A stretch of 64,000 bases of DNA from an uncultured Eubacteriales bacterium (lineage in GTDB: Bacteria > Bacillota > Clostridia > Oscillospirales > Oscillospiraceae): the NCBI GenBank assembly GCA_900546075.1, contig URBH01000002.1, positions 15,263 through 79,262 of the forward strand, given 5' to 3'. The position numbers and the translations under genes are program-made. This document shows positions 29,249 to 38,583 of the stretch, one piece after another (the first letter of the stretch is position 1; each line of letters opens with the position of its first letter). A model generated the notes under the pieces. The model was not told the origin of the DNA, did no database searches, and saw only the letters and a list, made by a program, of their open reading frames with translations.

Positions 29249-29779
29249 ATGATGGACTTTCTGGAAATTGCCCGCGCCCGGCAATCCTGCCGCAGCTATG
29301 ACGAGACCCGGCCTGTAGAACAGGAAAAGCTGGACGCCGTGCTGGAAGCCGCCCGTTTGGCTCCCTCCGCCTGCAACGCCCAGCCCTACCATTTCACCGT
29401 CTGCCGGGGGCAGGCCGCCAAGGCCGTGGTCGCCGGTGTGACCGGCATGGGCATGAACAAATTTACCGCTCAGGCGCCGGTGCTCATCGTAATCTCCGAG
29501 CGTTCCTACAATAAAACCGCCGCTCTTGGCTCCAGAGTCACGAAGGTAGACTACCGCTCCATCGACATCGGCATTGCCGCTGCCTATCTCACCGCCGAGG
29601 CCACCGCTCAGGGGCTTTCCACCTGTATCATCGGCTGGCTGGACGACGCCAAGCTCCGGGCAGCCTGCGGCCTGAATCAGCCGGTGCGGCTGGTGATCGC
29701 TCTGGGCTACGCGAAGGAGGGCGATCCCCTCCGGGAGAAAAAGCGCCGGGACATGGGAGAGCTGGTGGATTACCGATGA
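29249..29779 (+). CDS. nitroreductase family protein (paralog)
   Basis: RQSCRSYDE motif; tandem with the previous gene. Confidence 0.8.
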   Translation: MMDFLEIARARQSCRSYDETRPVEQEKLDAVLEAARLAPSACNAQPYHFTVCRGQAAKAVVAGVTGMGMNKFTAQAPVLIVISERSYNKTAALGSRVTKVDYRSIDIGIAAAYLTAEATAQGLSTCIIGWLDDAKLRAACGLNQPVRLVIALGYAKEGDPLREKKRRDMGELVDYR

Positions 29780-30204
29780 ACCGTCCCATTGTGACCGCAT
29801 CCGGCGCTTTGGTCTGCCACTGCGTCCGTCTTCACCGGGGAGACGATCTGCTTCTCTCCATCCGGGAGCTTGCCCGGGAAAAGCATATTGCCGCGGGCGT
29901 GGTGCTTTCCGCCGTTGGCTGCGTCACGGAGGCGAAGGTGCGGGACGCCGGCGGCGTGAACATCCGCTCCATCGGGGAACACTGCGAGATCGTCAGCCTG
30001 AACGGCACCGTCAGCGAGCAGCGGTGCCACCTGCACATTGCCCTGTCCCGGGAAGACCTCTCCACCCTGGGTGGTCATCTCTGCCCCGGCTGCATCGTCA
30101 ACACCACCTGCGAGCTGGTGATCGGGGAGCTTCCCGGCGTCCGCTTCGGCGTGGAGCAGGACGGAGAAACCGGGTATGACGAGCTGGTTTTTGAATCTAT
30201 CTGA
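29776..30204 (+). CDS. PPC-domain (DUF296) DNA-binding protein
   Basis: 142 aa with the conserved H.H/G.V..G pattern of PPC domains. Confidence 0.6.
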   Translation: MNRPIVTASGALVCHCVRLHRGDDLLLSIRELAREKHIAAGVVLSAVGCVTEAKVRDAGGVNIRSIGEHCEIVSLNGTVSEQRCHLHIALSREDLSTLGGHLCPGCIVNTTCELVIGELPGVRFGVEQDGETGYDELVFESI

Positions 30205-30234
30205 CTACATGGGCGGCCATAATGAGCTGCACCC

Positions 30235-30420
30235 CTTGCCTCTCCCTATGGGAGAGGTGGCTGAGCGAAGCGAAGACGGAGAGGGTACACATGGGCGCAA
30301 CACCCTCTCAGCCACCTTCGGTGACAGCTCTCCCAAGGGGAGAGCCAAGGGGCTGTACTAATCGCATGTTTGCACGGGAAATGGAGCGTATCCGCACCGA
30401 TACGCTCCACTCACTGTTTT
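30235..30420 (+). repeat. ~180 bp multi-hairpin intergenic repeat, copy B
   Basis: See copy A; its 3' end is the hairpin GGAGCGTATCCGCACCGATACGCTCC followed by CTGTTTT. Confidence 0.7.
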
Positions 30421-30456
30421 ATGACCACCCGTTAAATTGCCGCTCCTTTTTTCCTC

Positions 30457-30513
30457 TTGACAAAGAGCCGTTTCCGTTGTACAATACATTTAACAATTCA
30501 GCTAATTGTTAAA
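30457..30513 (+). promoter_or_regulatory. TTGACA-17-TACAAT promoter plus perfect palindrome TTTAACAATTcagctAATTGTTAAA (30489..30513), likely ArsR/SdpR-type operator
   Basis: Read directly from the sequence. Confidence 0.55.
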
Positions 30514-30535
30514 TGTTTGATCGGAGGTGAATCCC

Positions 30536-30808
30536 TTGGCATTACAGCAGACCCTAAAAGCCCTGTCCGACCCGACCCGGCGGGAAATTCTGAATCTGCT
30601 CAAGTCCGGCAGACTGTCCGCCGGGGAAATTGCCGACCATTTTAGCATCACCCCCGCCGCCGTTTCCCGGCATCTGTCCGTTCTGAAGGATGCCGACCTG
30701 ATCTGGGACACCCGGGAGGGAAAATTCATCTTTTATGAGCTGAACACCTCGGTCTTAGAGGAGATCATGCTCTGGCTCACGGATTTGAAAGGAGGCGCTG
30801 CCCCATGA
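30536..30808 (+). CDS. ArsR-family (SdpR-like) transcriptional repressor
   Basis: TTG start 6 nt after GGAGGTG; wHTH (LSAGEIADHFSITPAAVSRHLSVLKDADLI). Confidence 0.75.
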   Translation: MALQQTLKALSDPTRREILNLLKSGRLSAGEIADHFSITPAAVSRHLSVLKDADLIWDTREGKFIFYELNTSVLEEIMLWLTDLKGGAAP

Positions 30809-31869
30809 TAAAGCAGTACAAAAAAGAACTGATTGTCTCCACGCTGCTTGCCCTTCTCCCCATCGCCGCAGGGCTGCTTCTGTGGAACCGGCTTCCCGGC
30901 CAGCTTGCCACCCATTGGGGCATGAGCGGCGCGGACAGATGGAGCGGCAAGGCCGCCGCCGTGTTTCTTCGGCCGCTGTTGCTGCTGGCCGCCCATTATC
31001 TGGTGCTGTTTCTCGTTTTCCGCGACGCAAAGAACCGGAATCAGAGCAAAAAAGTGGTGGGGCTGCTGTTCTGGATGATTCCCGCCGTCTCCATCCTCGT
31101 CAGCGGCATCACCTACGCGGTGGCGCTGGGGTGGAAATTCCGGCTCGCCGGCCTTCTTTTCGCGGGGCTGGGACTGATGTTCGCCGCCATCGGCAACTAT
31201 CTCCCCAAGTGCCGCCCCAACCGCACCGTGGGCATTCGGGTCTCCTGGACGCTGGGCAGCGAGGAAAACTGGAATGCAACCCACCGCTTCGCCGGTAAGG
31301 TCTGGGTCATCGGCGGTCTTATAATGGTGCTTGCCGCTCTGCTTCCGGAGGTGCCGAGGATTATCGTCACCATTCTCGCCGTGGCCGCTCTGTCCATCCT
31401 TCCCATTGCCTATTCCTACCGCTACCACCGGATCCACGGAACGAAAAGTGAACCCGACCCGCTGTCCAAGAAAATCTCCGTTGGCATGCTGATCTTCACG
31501 GCGGTGATTGCGGTGTTCGTCGCGGTCATGCTGTTCACCGGCAATCTCCATTACCGGTTCGACAGCGACAGCTTTACCGTGGAAGCCTCTTATTTCGACG
31601 ACCTCACCGTAAAATACGACGCCATCGACTGCATTGAATACCGGGAGGGCAACGTGGACGGCACCCGAACCTTCGGCGTGGGCAGCTTCCGGCTGCTGCT
31701 GGGAACGTTTGAAAATGCGGAATTCGGCACCTATACCCGCTACACCTACTACCGTCCGGAGGCCTGCGTCATTCTGTCGGTGAACGGAAAAACGCTGGTT
31801 CTCAGCGGCAGCAGCGCGGACAGCACCCGAACTCTCTACGATACCCTTGTGGCAAAAACCGGCTTATAA
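30805..31869 (+). CDS. SdpI/YhfL-family membrane protein (DUF1648) with C-terminal PH-like domain
   Basis: 4-nt overlap with the ArsR gene; multi-TM N-terminus; SdpR/SdpI-like gene pair. Confidence 0.6.
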   Translation: MIKQYKKELIVSTLLALLPIAAGLLLWNRLPGQLATHWGMSGADRWSGKAAAVFLRPLLLLAAHYLVLFLVFRDAKNRNQSKKVVGLLFWMIPAVSILVSGITYAVALGWKFRLAGLLFAGLGLMFAAIGNYLPKCRPNRTVGIRVSWTLGSEENWNATHRFAGKVWVIGGLIMVLAALLPEVPRIIVTILAVAALSILPIAYSYRYHRIHGTKSEPDPLSKKISVGMLIFTAVIAVFVAVMLFTGNLHYRFDSDSFTVEASYFDDLTVKYDAIDCIEYREGNVDGTRTFGVGSFRLLLGTFENAEFGTYTRYTYYRPEACVILSVNGKTLVLSGSSADSTRTLYDTLVAKTGL

Positions 31870-31887
31870 CGGAAAGGAGAAAACGAT

Positions 31888-32682
31888 ATGAACACCGTAT
31901 CTTCTGCAAGCATTACCGGCATGGTCGTCAGCCTGATTCTCTGCGTAGCGGCGCCCGTGGCGCTGTGCGTCCTGCTGAAACGCAAAACCGCCGCGAAGCT
32001 TTCCGACATGTTCCTTGGCGTGGTGATTTTCATCCTCTTCGCCCGGTTTCTGGAGCAGCTGCTCCACATGGCCATGCTCTCCGCCTTTGGGGAAAGGCTG
32101 ACCGGCAATCTGTGGCTGTCCGCCCTGTACGGCGGCGCGGCGGCTGCGGTATTTGAGGAATTCGGTCGCCTTATCGCCATGAAGTATCTGCTGGACAACC
32201 AGCTGGAAAAGGATACCGCCCTGATGTACGGCGTAGGCCACGGCGGCATTGAAGCGCTGACCATCGGCGCCCTGACCTGCGTTTCCAACCTTGCCACCGT
32301 TTCCATGATCAACGGCGGCAAGCTGGAAAGCGCCCTCGCCGGGCTGGACGAAGCCGCCCGGGCGACCTCCCTGGAGACAATCTCTCAGCTGTGGACGCTT
32401 CCCTCCTACCTATTCTACATGGTCGGCGTAGAGCGACTCATTGCGTTTGCTCTGCAAATCTGCCTGTCGTATCTGGTGTACCGCGCCGTGCGGTATCACC
32501 GCCGGGGCTTCTTCCTCGCCGCCATGGGCATCCACTTCGCCGTGGACGCCCTGGCCGCGCTGCTCAAGGACGCCGTTCCCATCCCCGCTCTGGAGGCCAT
32601 TCTGGCGGTCATCGTCATCGTGACCGTGGTCTTCACCGTCCGGCTGTACCGGGCGGAATCGGAGAACGCCGTCAGCAACTGA
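31888..32682 (+). CDS. YhfC-family intramembrane metalloprotease
   Basis: EEFGR motif and H..VD motif in a polytopic membrane protein. Confidence 0.65.
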   Translation: MNTVSSASITGMVVSLILCVAAPVALCVLLKRKTAAKLSDMFLGVVIFILFARFLEQLLHMAMLSAFGERLTGNLWLSALYGGAAAAVFEEFGRLIAMKYLLDNQLEKDTALMYGVGHGGIEALTIGALTCVSNLATVSMINGGKLESALAGLDEAARATSLETISQLWTLPSYLFYMVGVERLIAFALQICLSYLVYRAVRYHRRGFFLAAMGIHFAVDALAALLKDAVPIPALEAILAVIVIVTVVFTVRLYRAESENAVSN

Positions 32683-32697
32683 TTCTCCCATATTATC

Positions 32698-32734
32698 GTC
32701 CGCCCGTGGCTCTCCCACGGGCGGACATTCTTTC
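32698..32734 (+). terminator. rho-independent terminator
   Basis: GTCCGCCCGTGGctctcCCACGGGCGGAC followed by ATTCTTT. Confidence 0.55.
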
Positions 32735-32821
32735 CCCGAAAACCGCAAATAAAACTTGACTATGGGGCATAATTCTTCTATAATATCTGGAGCTATTGAT
32801 ATTTTTATCTGAGAAAGGATT

Positions 32822-33304
32822 TTGAATATGGCAAAAGAATTTAAGATCACCAGTCTGCGTCTTGCCGACCTGGAAAAGGAACTGAATTACCTGAAAACCA
32901 CCCGTGAGCGCGAAGTCGCCGCCATGATCGCCGAAGCCCGCTCCTACGGCGACTTGTCCGAAAACTCCGAGTACGATGCCGCCAAGAACGAGCAGGCCAA
33001 GCTCTACGGCCGTATTGCTGAGATTGAGGACGTTCTGTCCCACGCCGTCATCATTGAGGACGAGAACGAAGCCAACGGCCGGGTGGGTCTGGGCTGCACC
33101 GTGGTAGTCGAGGACGAGCACGGCAAGCAGACCGAGTACCGCATCACCGGTTCTCAGGAGGCCAACCCCATGGAGTTCAAGCTTTCCGACGACTCCCCCT
33201 TCGGCCGCGCCGTGGTTGGCAAGGCCGCAGGCGAGACCTTCACCGTCAACGCCCCCGCCGGCTCCTTCACCATGAAGGTGGTCAGCGTTTCCCGTGAGGG
33301 CTGA
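32822..33304 (+). CDS. greA: transcription elongation factor GreA
   Basis: 160 aa; TTGACT-TATAAT promoter upstream; lysS follows. Confidence 0.9.
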   Translation: MNMAKEFKITSLRLADLEKELNYLKTTREREVAAMIAEARSYGDLSENSEYDAAKNEQAKLYGRIAEIEDVLSHAVIIEDENEANGRVGLGCTVVVEDEHGKQTEYRITGSQEANPMEFKLSDDSPFGRAVVGKAAGETFTVNAPAGSFTMKVVSVSREG

Positions 33305-33307
33305 GCC

Positions 33308-34801
33308 ATGGCAAAGTTTATACCGCAGCCGGAGCTGTCTCTGAATGACCAGATGCAGATCCGGCGGGAAAAGCTGGCGGCGCTTCAGGCCGAGGGGCGC
33401 GACCCCTTCATCCAGACGAAATTCGATTTCAATGCCGATTCCGCTGCCATCAAGGCCGACTACGAAGCCTTCGAGGGCAAGACCGTCAAGGTCGCGGGAC
33501 GTCTGATGAGCAAGCGCGGTCAGGGCAAGGTCATGTTCTGCGATCTGCAGGACCGCGCCGGCCGCATCCAGATCTTCGTGAAGATCGACGAGCTGGGCGA
33601 GGAAGAATACAACCGCTTCAAAAAGTACGACATCGGCGACATCGTCGGCGTGGAGGGCGAGGTCTTCAAGACGAAGACCGAGGAAATTTCCATCCGCGCC
33701 AAGGTCGTCACCCTGCTGAGCAAGTCTCTGCTGCCCCTGCCCAACAAGTTCCACGGCCTGACCGACAAGGAAGCCCGTTTCCGTCAGCGCTATGTTGACC
33801 TGATGGTGAACCCCGAGGTCAAGCGGAATTTTGTCATCCGCTCCAAGTTCATCAAGCACCTGCGCAACTATCTGGACAGCATGGGCTACATTGAAGTGGA
33901 GACCCCCGTGCTGAACACCATTGCCGGCGGCGCTGCCGCCCGTCCCTTCGTCACTCACCACAACACGCTGGATATCGATATGTACATGCGCATCGCCACG
34001 GAGCTGCCCCTGAAGCGGCTGATCGTCGGCGGCATGGATCGGGTGTACGAGGTCGGCCGCATTTTCCGCAACGAAGGCATGGACCCCAAGCACAACCCGG
34101 AGTTCACCACCGTGGAGCTGTACCAGGCCTACGCCGATTTCCACGACATGATGGACATTGCCGAGGGCATCTACACCACCTTCGCCAAGGAGGTTATGGG
34201 CAGCTACGAGCTGGAATGGATGGGCGAGAAGATCGACCTGACCCCCGGCTGGCCCCGGCTGACCATGGTGGAAGCGGTCAAGAAGTACGTAGGCGTTGAC
34301 TTTGGCGCCATCACCGACGACGCCGAGGCCGTAGCCGCCGCCAAGGCCGTGGGTGTTGAGCTGGCCGACGCCGCCGAGAAGACCTGGGGCAACGCCCTGT
34401 ATGCCTGCTTCGACCAGAAGGTCGAGGAGCATCTGGTGCAGCCCACCTTCATCACCATGTACCCGGTGGAGGTCTCCCCTCTGACCAAGAGGTCCCCGGA
34501 AGATCCCCGTCTGACGGAGCGCTTCGAGTTCTTCATCAACCGCAGCGAGATGGGCAACGCCTATTCCGAGCTGAACGACCCCATTGACCAGCGGGAGCGC
34601 TTCATGAAGCAGGTCGAGCAGCGCGAGCGGGGCGACGACGAGACGGAGATGCTGGACGAGGATTTCCTGACCGCGCTGGAATACGGCATGCCCCCCACAG
34701 GCGGCATGGGCATGGGCATCGACCGCGCCGTCATGCTCTTCACCGGCGCCGATACCATTCGGGAGGTTATTTTGTTCCCCACTATGAAGCCCCAAGACTA
34801 A
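33308..34801 (+). CDS. lysS: lysine--tRNA ligase (class II)
   Basis: 497 aa; class II aaRS motifs; conserved greA-lysS arrangement. Confidence 0.95.
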   Translation: MAKFIPQPELSLNDQMQIRREKLAALQAEGRDPFIQTKFDFNADSAAIKADYEAFEGKTVKVAGRLMSKRGQGKVMFCDLQDRAGRIQIFVKIDELGEEEYNRFKKYDIGDIVGVEGEVFKTKTEEISIRAKVVTLLSKSLLPLPNKFHGLTDKEARFRQRYVDLMVNPEVKRNFVIRSKFIKHLRNYLDSMGYIEVETPVLNTIAGGAAARPFVTHHNTLDIDMYMRIATELPLKRLIVGGMDRVYEVGRIFRNEGMDPKHNPEFTTVELYQAYADFHDMMDIAEGIYTTFAKEVMGSYELEWMGEKIDLTPGWPRLTMVEAVKKYVGVDFGAITDDAEAVAAAKAVGVELADAAEKTWGNALYACFDQKVEEHLVQPTFITMYPVEVSPLTKRSPEDPRLTERFEFFINRSEMGNAYSELNDPIDQRERFMKQVEQRERGDDETEMLDEDFLTALEYGMPPTGGMGMGIDRAVMLFTGADTIREVILFPTMKPQD

Positions 34802-34945
34802 AAAGTCATTGCGCTGCAATAACTTTTGCCCTCATATTCTTCAGTTGACAACAAATTGACAACAATTTCGTATATCAATACGAAGTGATGTGACGCAGGA
34901 TGAAGTTTTGTTAGACCCCAGCGCAAAACAGCATGTATCATTTGA

Positions 34946-34990
34946 GGACACTTTCTGTACGAATTTCCAGAAAGTGTCCTTTTCTTTTTG
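34946..34990 (+). terminator. strong rho-independent terminator at the chromosome/ICE junction
   Basis: GGACACTTTCTGtacgaatttcCAGAAAGTGTCC followed by TTTTCTTTTT. Confidence 0.55.
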
Positions 34991-35042
34991 CAGGTTGCAG
35001 CATCTGTCTTGACAAATTCCAATTTGAAAGGATTTTGAACGA

Positions 35043-35315
35043 ATGATCAGTGAACAGACAAAAGAATACTTTGAACTTGGAAAGCGAAACGATGTTCGTG
35101 AGCATGCAAAGAGGCTGCGCCGGCAATTTCTAAGGTATAAAGACGCGGAGATTGTTTACAGCATCCACCATAAGAAGCTTCTGGAGATGGCCAACAAAGC
35201 AGGCGCTATTTATCGTATCGATGGCACTGTGCTGATTAACCGGGATATCTTCGATCAGTATCTGGAGCAGTTTCACGAGCCCAGTACCCTTACGCAAGCG
35301 GAGGAAAAACAATGA
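35043..35315 (+). CDS. excisionase-like HTH (HTH_17-type) small protein
   Basis: Motif AGAIYRIDGTVLINRDIFDQYLEQF, shared with the N-terminus of the next gene. Confidence 0.45.
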   Translation: MISEQTKEYFELGKRNDVREHAKRLRRQFLRYKDAEIVYSIHHKKLLEMANKAGAIYRIDGTVLINRDIFDQYLEQFHEPSTLTQAEEKQ

Positions 35316-35824
35316 GCGGGAACCTGTGGATGTTTTCTGATAAGCTGGATGATGAGGATATTGAGATCATGAAGCATGAGTTTATCACCTACTATCAAGG
35401 CGCAGATTATTACGGTTTGGGCTTGAAGATGTTCACCAGATTGGCTCACGAAGCAGGCGCTGTCTACAAGATAGGCAAGAAGGTACTAATCCGCCGTACT
35501 ATCTTTGATGAATACCTTCGGCAGCAGTATCATATTGAGCAAATGGCGTCGCTTGCCGCCGATGGAAAAGAGGCGTCCACAAGGCAGGGAACGCTTGTAC
35601 TGGACACCGATAGCGGTCGCATGAACATTCGGTTTGGCTTAAATGACTACTACGGTTTTCTCTCCTGCGGAACGCGAATGGAAGTGCGGGTAGACGGAGA
35701 ATGGATCCCGACACGGCTTGAGATGGCTGACAACTGGATCCTGATTGGTATTGAAACAAAAGATATCACCGGCCTGACAGTCAGAATCAAAAAGCGATGC
35801 AGCAACAAATGCAACTATGCATAG
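35312..35824 (+). CDS. excisionase-like HTH fused to a DUF5348-like domain
   Basis: AGAVYKIGKKVLIRRTIFDEYLRQQY plus a C-terminal domain similar to the 36020..36232 protein. Confidence 0.45.
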   Translation: MSGNLWMFSDKLDDEDIEIMKHEFITYYQGADYYGLGLKMFTRLAHEAGAVYKIGKKVLIRRTIFDEYLRQQYHIEQMASLAADGKEASTRQGTLVLDTDSGRMNIRFGLNDYYGFLSCGTRMEVRVDGEWIPTRLEMADNWILIGIETKDITGLTVRIKKRCSNKCNYA

Positions 35825-35957
35825 CTGTGTACTCCGGGAAGTCCGATTCTTAACTTCTCCCACATTGGAGGTGATAATTTCTCATTTGCTCGGAGCATCC
35901 GAATAGCTCCACATAATTTGATATAGCGCAACTTTCCAAATCCTGCCACACAGGATG

Positions 35958-35996
35958 GGACCCCGGACGGTTTCTGTCACACCGTTCGGGGCCTTT
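35958..35996 (+). terminator. rho-independent terminator
   Basis: CCCCGGACGGtttctgtcacaCCGTTCGGGG followed by CCTTTT. Confidence 0.5.
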
Positions 35997-36019
35997 TAGC
36001 ATAGTGACATATTCGGATT

Positions 36020-36232
36020 ATGAAAATAGGAACATTGGTGCCGCAGCGAGACACAGGCCGGATGGACATTCGCTTCTCTCCCAATAACTATTACGGAGGA
36101 TTGCATTGCGGTGAAACCTTAGATGTAAAGATCAATGGGAGATGGGTTTCCACTCGTATTGAAATGGGAAACGATTGGTATCTCGTCGGCGTCGATACGG
36201 ATGATCTCGTCGGTTTGATCGTCCGAATCTAA
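36020..36232 (+). CDS. DUF5348-like small protein
   Basis: 70 aa; paralog of the C-terminal domain of the 35312 gene (GRMDIRF...YYGGLHCGE...GLIVRI). Confidence 0.45.
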   Translation: MKIGTLVPQRDTGRMDIRFSPNNYYGGLHCGETLDVKINGRWVSTRIEMGNDWYLVGVDTDDLVGLIVRI

Positions 36233-36295
36233 AAGCATAACTGGCCAGTAGGAGCATCCTGCTGGCCTTTTCTATTTCACAGGGAGGAAAGCAAC

Positions 36296-37369
36296 ATGAA
36301 GTGTCTGCGCAAATATCAGTGGGTCAAGCTGCCCAGAGATATTCCGGATATGGGAAAAGGGCTGATGGCCTACTGGGCCATGCTTGCCTTCCGCGCAGCC
36401 TTCCGCAAGGGCAATGCCAGTTACTGCGGCCACAGCAATCCCGTAGCACCCGGAATGTGGGCGGGTGGTGTTGTCGGTCTCAAGAGTATTCTGGGTGTCA
36501 GGAGCCGTACCAAGGCGCTGCAGATACTCGGCGAGCTTTCCTCCCTTGGCTTTCTGAAATACTCTCTTGACAGCCAGACAAAAAAGCTGACCTATGAGAT
36601 CACCGATTGGGTGGTTAAGTGTTCCGGGGCTGAATGTATGTCCGGGACCGTTTACGCTTCCACAGGGTATGGTTTTCTATGCCTGCCGCGGAACATTACG
36701 CAGCGGCTGGCAAACGCTAAGAGAGTTTTCGATGAAGCGGATGCATGGCTTGATCTGTGGTGTCATACCACCTATGAGGACTATGGGAACGCCTTCTCGT
36801 TTCTTGCACCTGTCGTGCAATACGGTAGATTCGGGAGCGTCCTGACTTTGGAAACGCTGGGAGAGCGTTGGGGCTGGGAGAAAACAAAGGTATGGAGGTT
36901 CTTCAAAAAGCATGGGGATGTCTTTTCTCTGTACCGGCTGCCCAGTTCCTATGGCTGTCTCGTGTTTAACGCTTCCTACCCGACCGGAGCTGATATTCAG
37001 CTTCCGGAGCAGGAGATAGTTATGCGTATTTTGCGTAAAATACTTATTTGCTCAGCTTATAAGTGCAAGGGCGGCAGTGAGAACCTACGTGTAAATCACA
37101 TGGTTGCATGGTATAGCAGAGCGGTCATTTTGTCTCAGCAGATGCAACCTGTCCCTGAGATTTCAGAATGCCGCGTTGCGCTTTCTGACCCCATAACGCG
37201 CGCGTATCTTTCTCATGGTTGGAACTGTGAGCATTGTAGGAACTACCATTATGCCTGCCCGGGTACGTTAGAGGGAACCCCCTGCTTTTTCCGTTCTGGG
37301 CATGAAATCAGAGGACCATGTACACAAGTTGAAAACCACAATTACAACAACGAGGAGATTTTGCCATGA
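36296..37369 (+). CDS. hypothetical ICE protein, Cys/His-rich C-terminus
   Basis: GGGAGG RBS; C-terminal CEHCRNYHYACPG...C...C; 4-nt overlap with the next gene. Confidence 0.5.
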   Translation: MKCLRKYQWVKLPRDIPDMGKGLMAYWAMLAFRAAFRKGNASYCGHSNPVAPGMWAGGVVGLKSILGVRSRTKALQILGELSSLGFLKYSLDSQTKKLTYEITDWVVKCSGAECMSGTVYASTGYGFLCLPRNITQRLANAKRVFDEADAWLDLWCHTTYEDYGNAFSFLAPVVQYGRFGSVLTLETLGERWGWEKTKVWRFFKKHGDVFSLYRLPSSYGCLVFNASYPTGADIQLPEQEIVMRILRKILICSAYKCKGGSENLRVNHMVAWYSRAVILSQQMQPVPEISECRVALSDPITRAYLSHGWNCEHCRNYHYACPGTLEGTPCFFRSGHEIRGPCTQVENHNYNNEEILP

Positions 37370-37992
37370 AAAGTAAAAAGCCGTCACTATACGATGCACA
37401 GGAGGAGCAGATTCAGCTGCAATCTGCCTCCTTTGTAGATTTCCTGACACGGAAAGGTGTCCTTGAAGATCATAACATCGACAACGAGCGTGTCCGGAAG
37501 GCCAAAAAGGATACTGCACAGAGAGCATATCACAATACCGAGGTCTTGCTGAGCCAGTATCGTCTGATTATCTGGGTATTGGAATGCATCCCCGGAGAAC
37601 TGTCCGATGAGCTGGAAGTCCCTGTACATGACATCGATGCTCTGGCGGAGAAAATCGATATCCAGACCTCCCTTGAAAATGCGCGGATCGAAAGTCGGGT
37701 AAATGCCATGATGAAGACCCGATATCTGGTAGATCGCATCCATGAAGCTCTTGCGGTTATCCGGAAGAAACCCGGCAACGGAGAAGATCTGTACTCCGTC
37801 CTTTATACGACATATCTTGACCCTGTTGAGAGAAAACATGAAGAAATCCTCAAAGAGCTTCGCATGACGTCAAGAACCTATTACCGCTTACGAAGGGAAG
37901 CCATCACAATCATGTCCATTCGGCTGTGGTCTGCCCCTTCCGGGGAAACTGCCTCGTGGCTTGAAGTCCTCACTATCCTCGAAGAGATGTAA
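37366..37992 (+). CDS. sigma-70 region-4-like HTH protein (ICE regulator)
   Basis: C-terminal LRMTSRTYYRLRREAITIMS helix-turn-helix. Confidence 0.45.
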   Translation: MKSKKPSLYDAQEEQIQLQSASFVDFLTRKGVLEDHNIDNERVRKAKKDTAQRAYHNTEVLLSQYRLIIWVLECIPGELSDELEVPVHDIDALAEKIDIQTSLENARIESRVNAMMKTRYLVDRIHEALAVIRKKPGNGEDLYSVLYTTYLDPVERKHEEILKELRMTSRTYYRLRREAITIMSIRLWSAPSGETASWLEVLTILEEM

Positions 37993-38188
37993 AAGATGGG
38001 ATGACAAACGGGATGAAACATGCGAAAACATTTTGGCAGGTCTTTGCTGATGACTAGAGAATGGCAATGTGATATAATCTTATCGTCCAAAGTGGACGAA
38101 ACGATCAGGCACTGTTTTGAGAGCTGATTCTGGCTCCTCAGAATGGTGCCTTTTGTCGTTTCATCACCAAGAAAGGAGGAAGTAGCAC

Positions 38189-38548
38189 ATGGTTAAACAG
38201 ATTACCAGAGGCAAAGACATCGCCAGAAACACCTACTGGTCCGCAGTTGGTATGACCGCGGCTACCATGCTGGCAGTCCAGCCCGTTTTCGCAGACACCA
38301 TCTGGGATCGTTTCTCTACGATCCTGAAGGATGTTTACGGTCAGGTCGTTGCCATCAGCACCATCGTTGCCGTCACAGTCGCAGCCATTGCACTGCTGAT
38401 CCGCATGATTTCCCGCAATCAGCGAGCCGTTGAAGAAGCTACCAGCTGGCTGAAGCGCATCGTCGTGACCTGGATCATCCTGAACTCTCTGGGCTTCGTT
38501 GTAGCCTACCTGCAGCCCTTGATTCAGGGCGGCAGTTACTCCGGCTAG
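38189..38548 (+). CDS. small membrane protein, Maff2-like / conjugative pilin-like
   Basis: 119 aa; signal peptide plus two hydrophobic helices; immediately upstream of the VirB6-like gene. Confidence 0.4.
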   Translation: MVKQITRGKDIARNTYWSAVGMTAATMLAVQPVFADTIWDRFSTILKDVYGQVVAISTIVAVTVAAIALLIRMISRNQRAVEEATSWLKRIVVTWIILNSLGFVVAYLQPLIQGGSYSG

Positions 38549-38583
38549 GCGAGGCATAGGGAATATCCAGACTTACCAAGGAG

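Noticed and set aside
18986-30420. The two inverted repeat copies as ends of a composite transposon or invertible segment spanning ~11 kb
   Set aside because: No transposase or invertase between them; the enclosed genes (ctpA, ftsEX, M23, ribU and others) are core housekeeping genes; each copy sits in a normal gene-end/promoter gap
32693-34819. 708-aa minus-strand ORF antisense to greA-lysS
   Set aside because: Antisense to two well-supported conserved genes; no RBS; typical stop-codon-poor antisense frame in high-GC DNA
34831-34945. Possible small RNA between the lysS-proximal hairpin and the 34946 terminator (two TTGACA boxes at 34845 and 34856)
   Set aside because: No convincing -10 element at proper spacing; could simply be ICE-boundary or att-site sequence. 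Left unannotated
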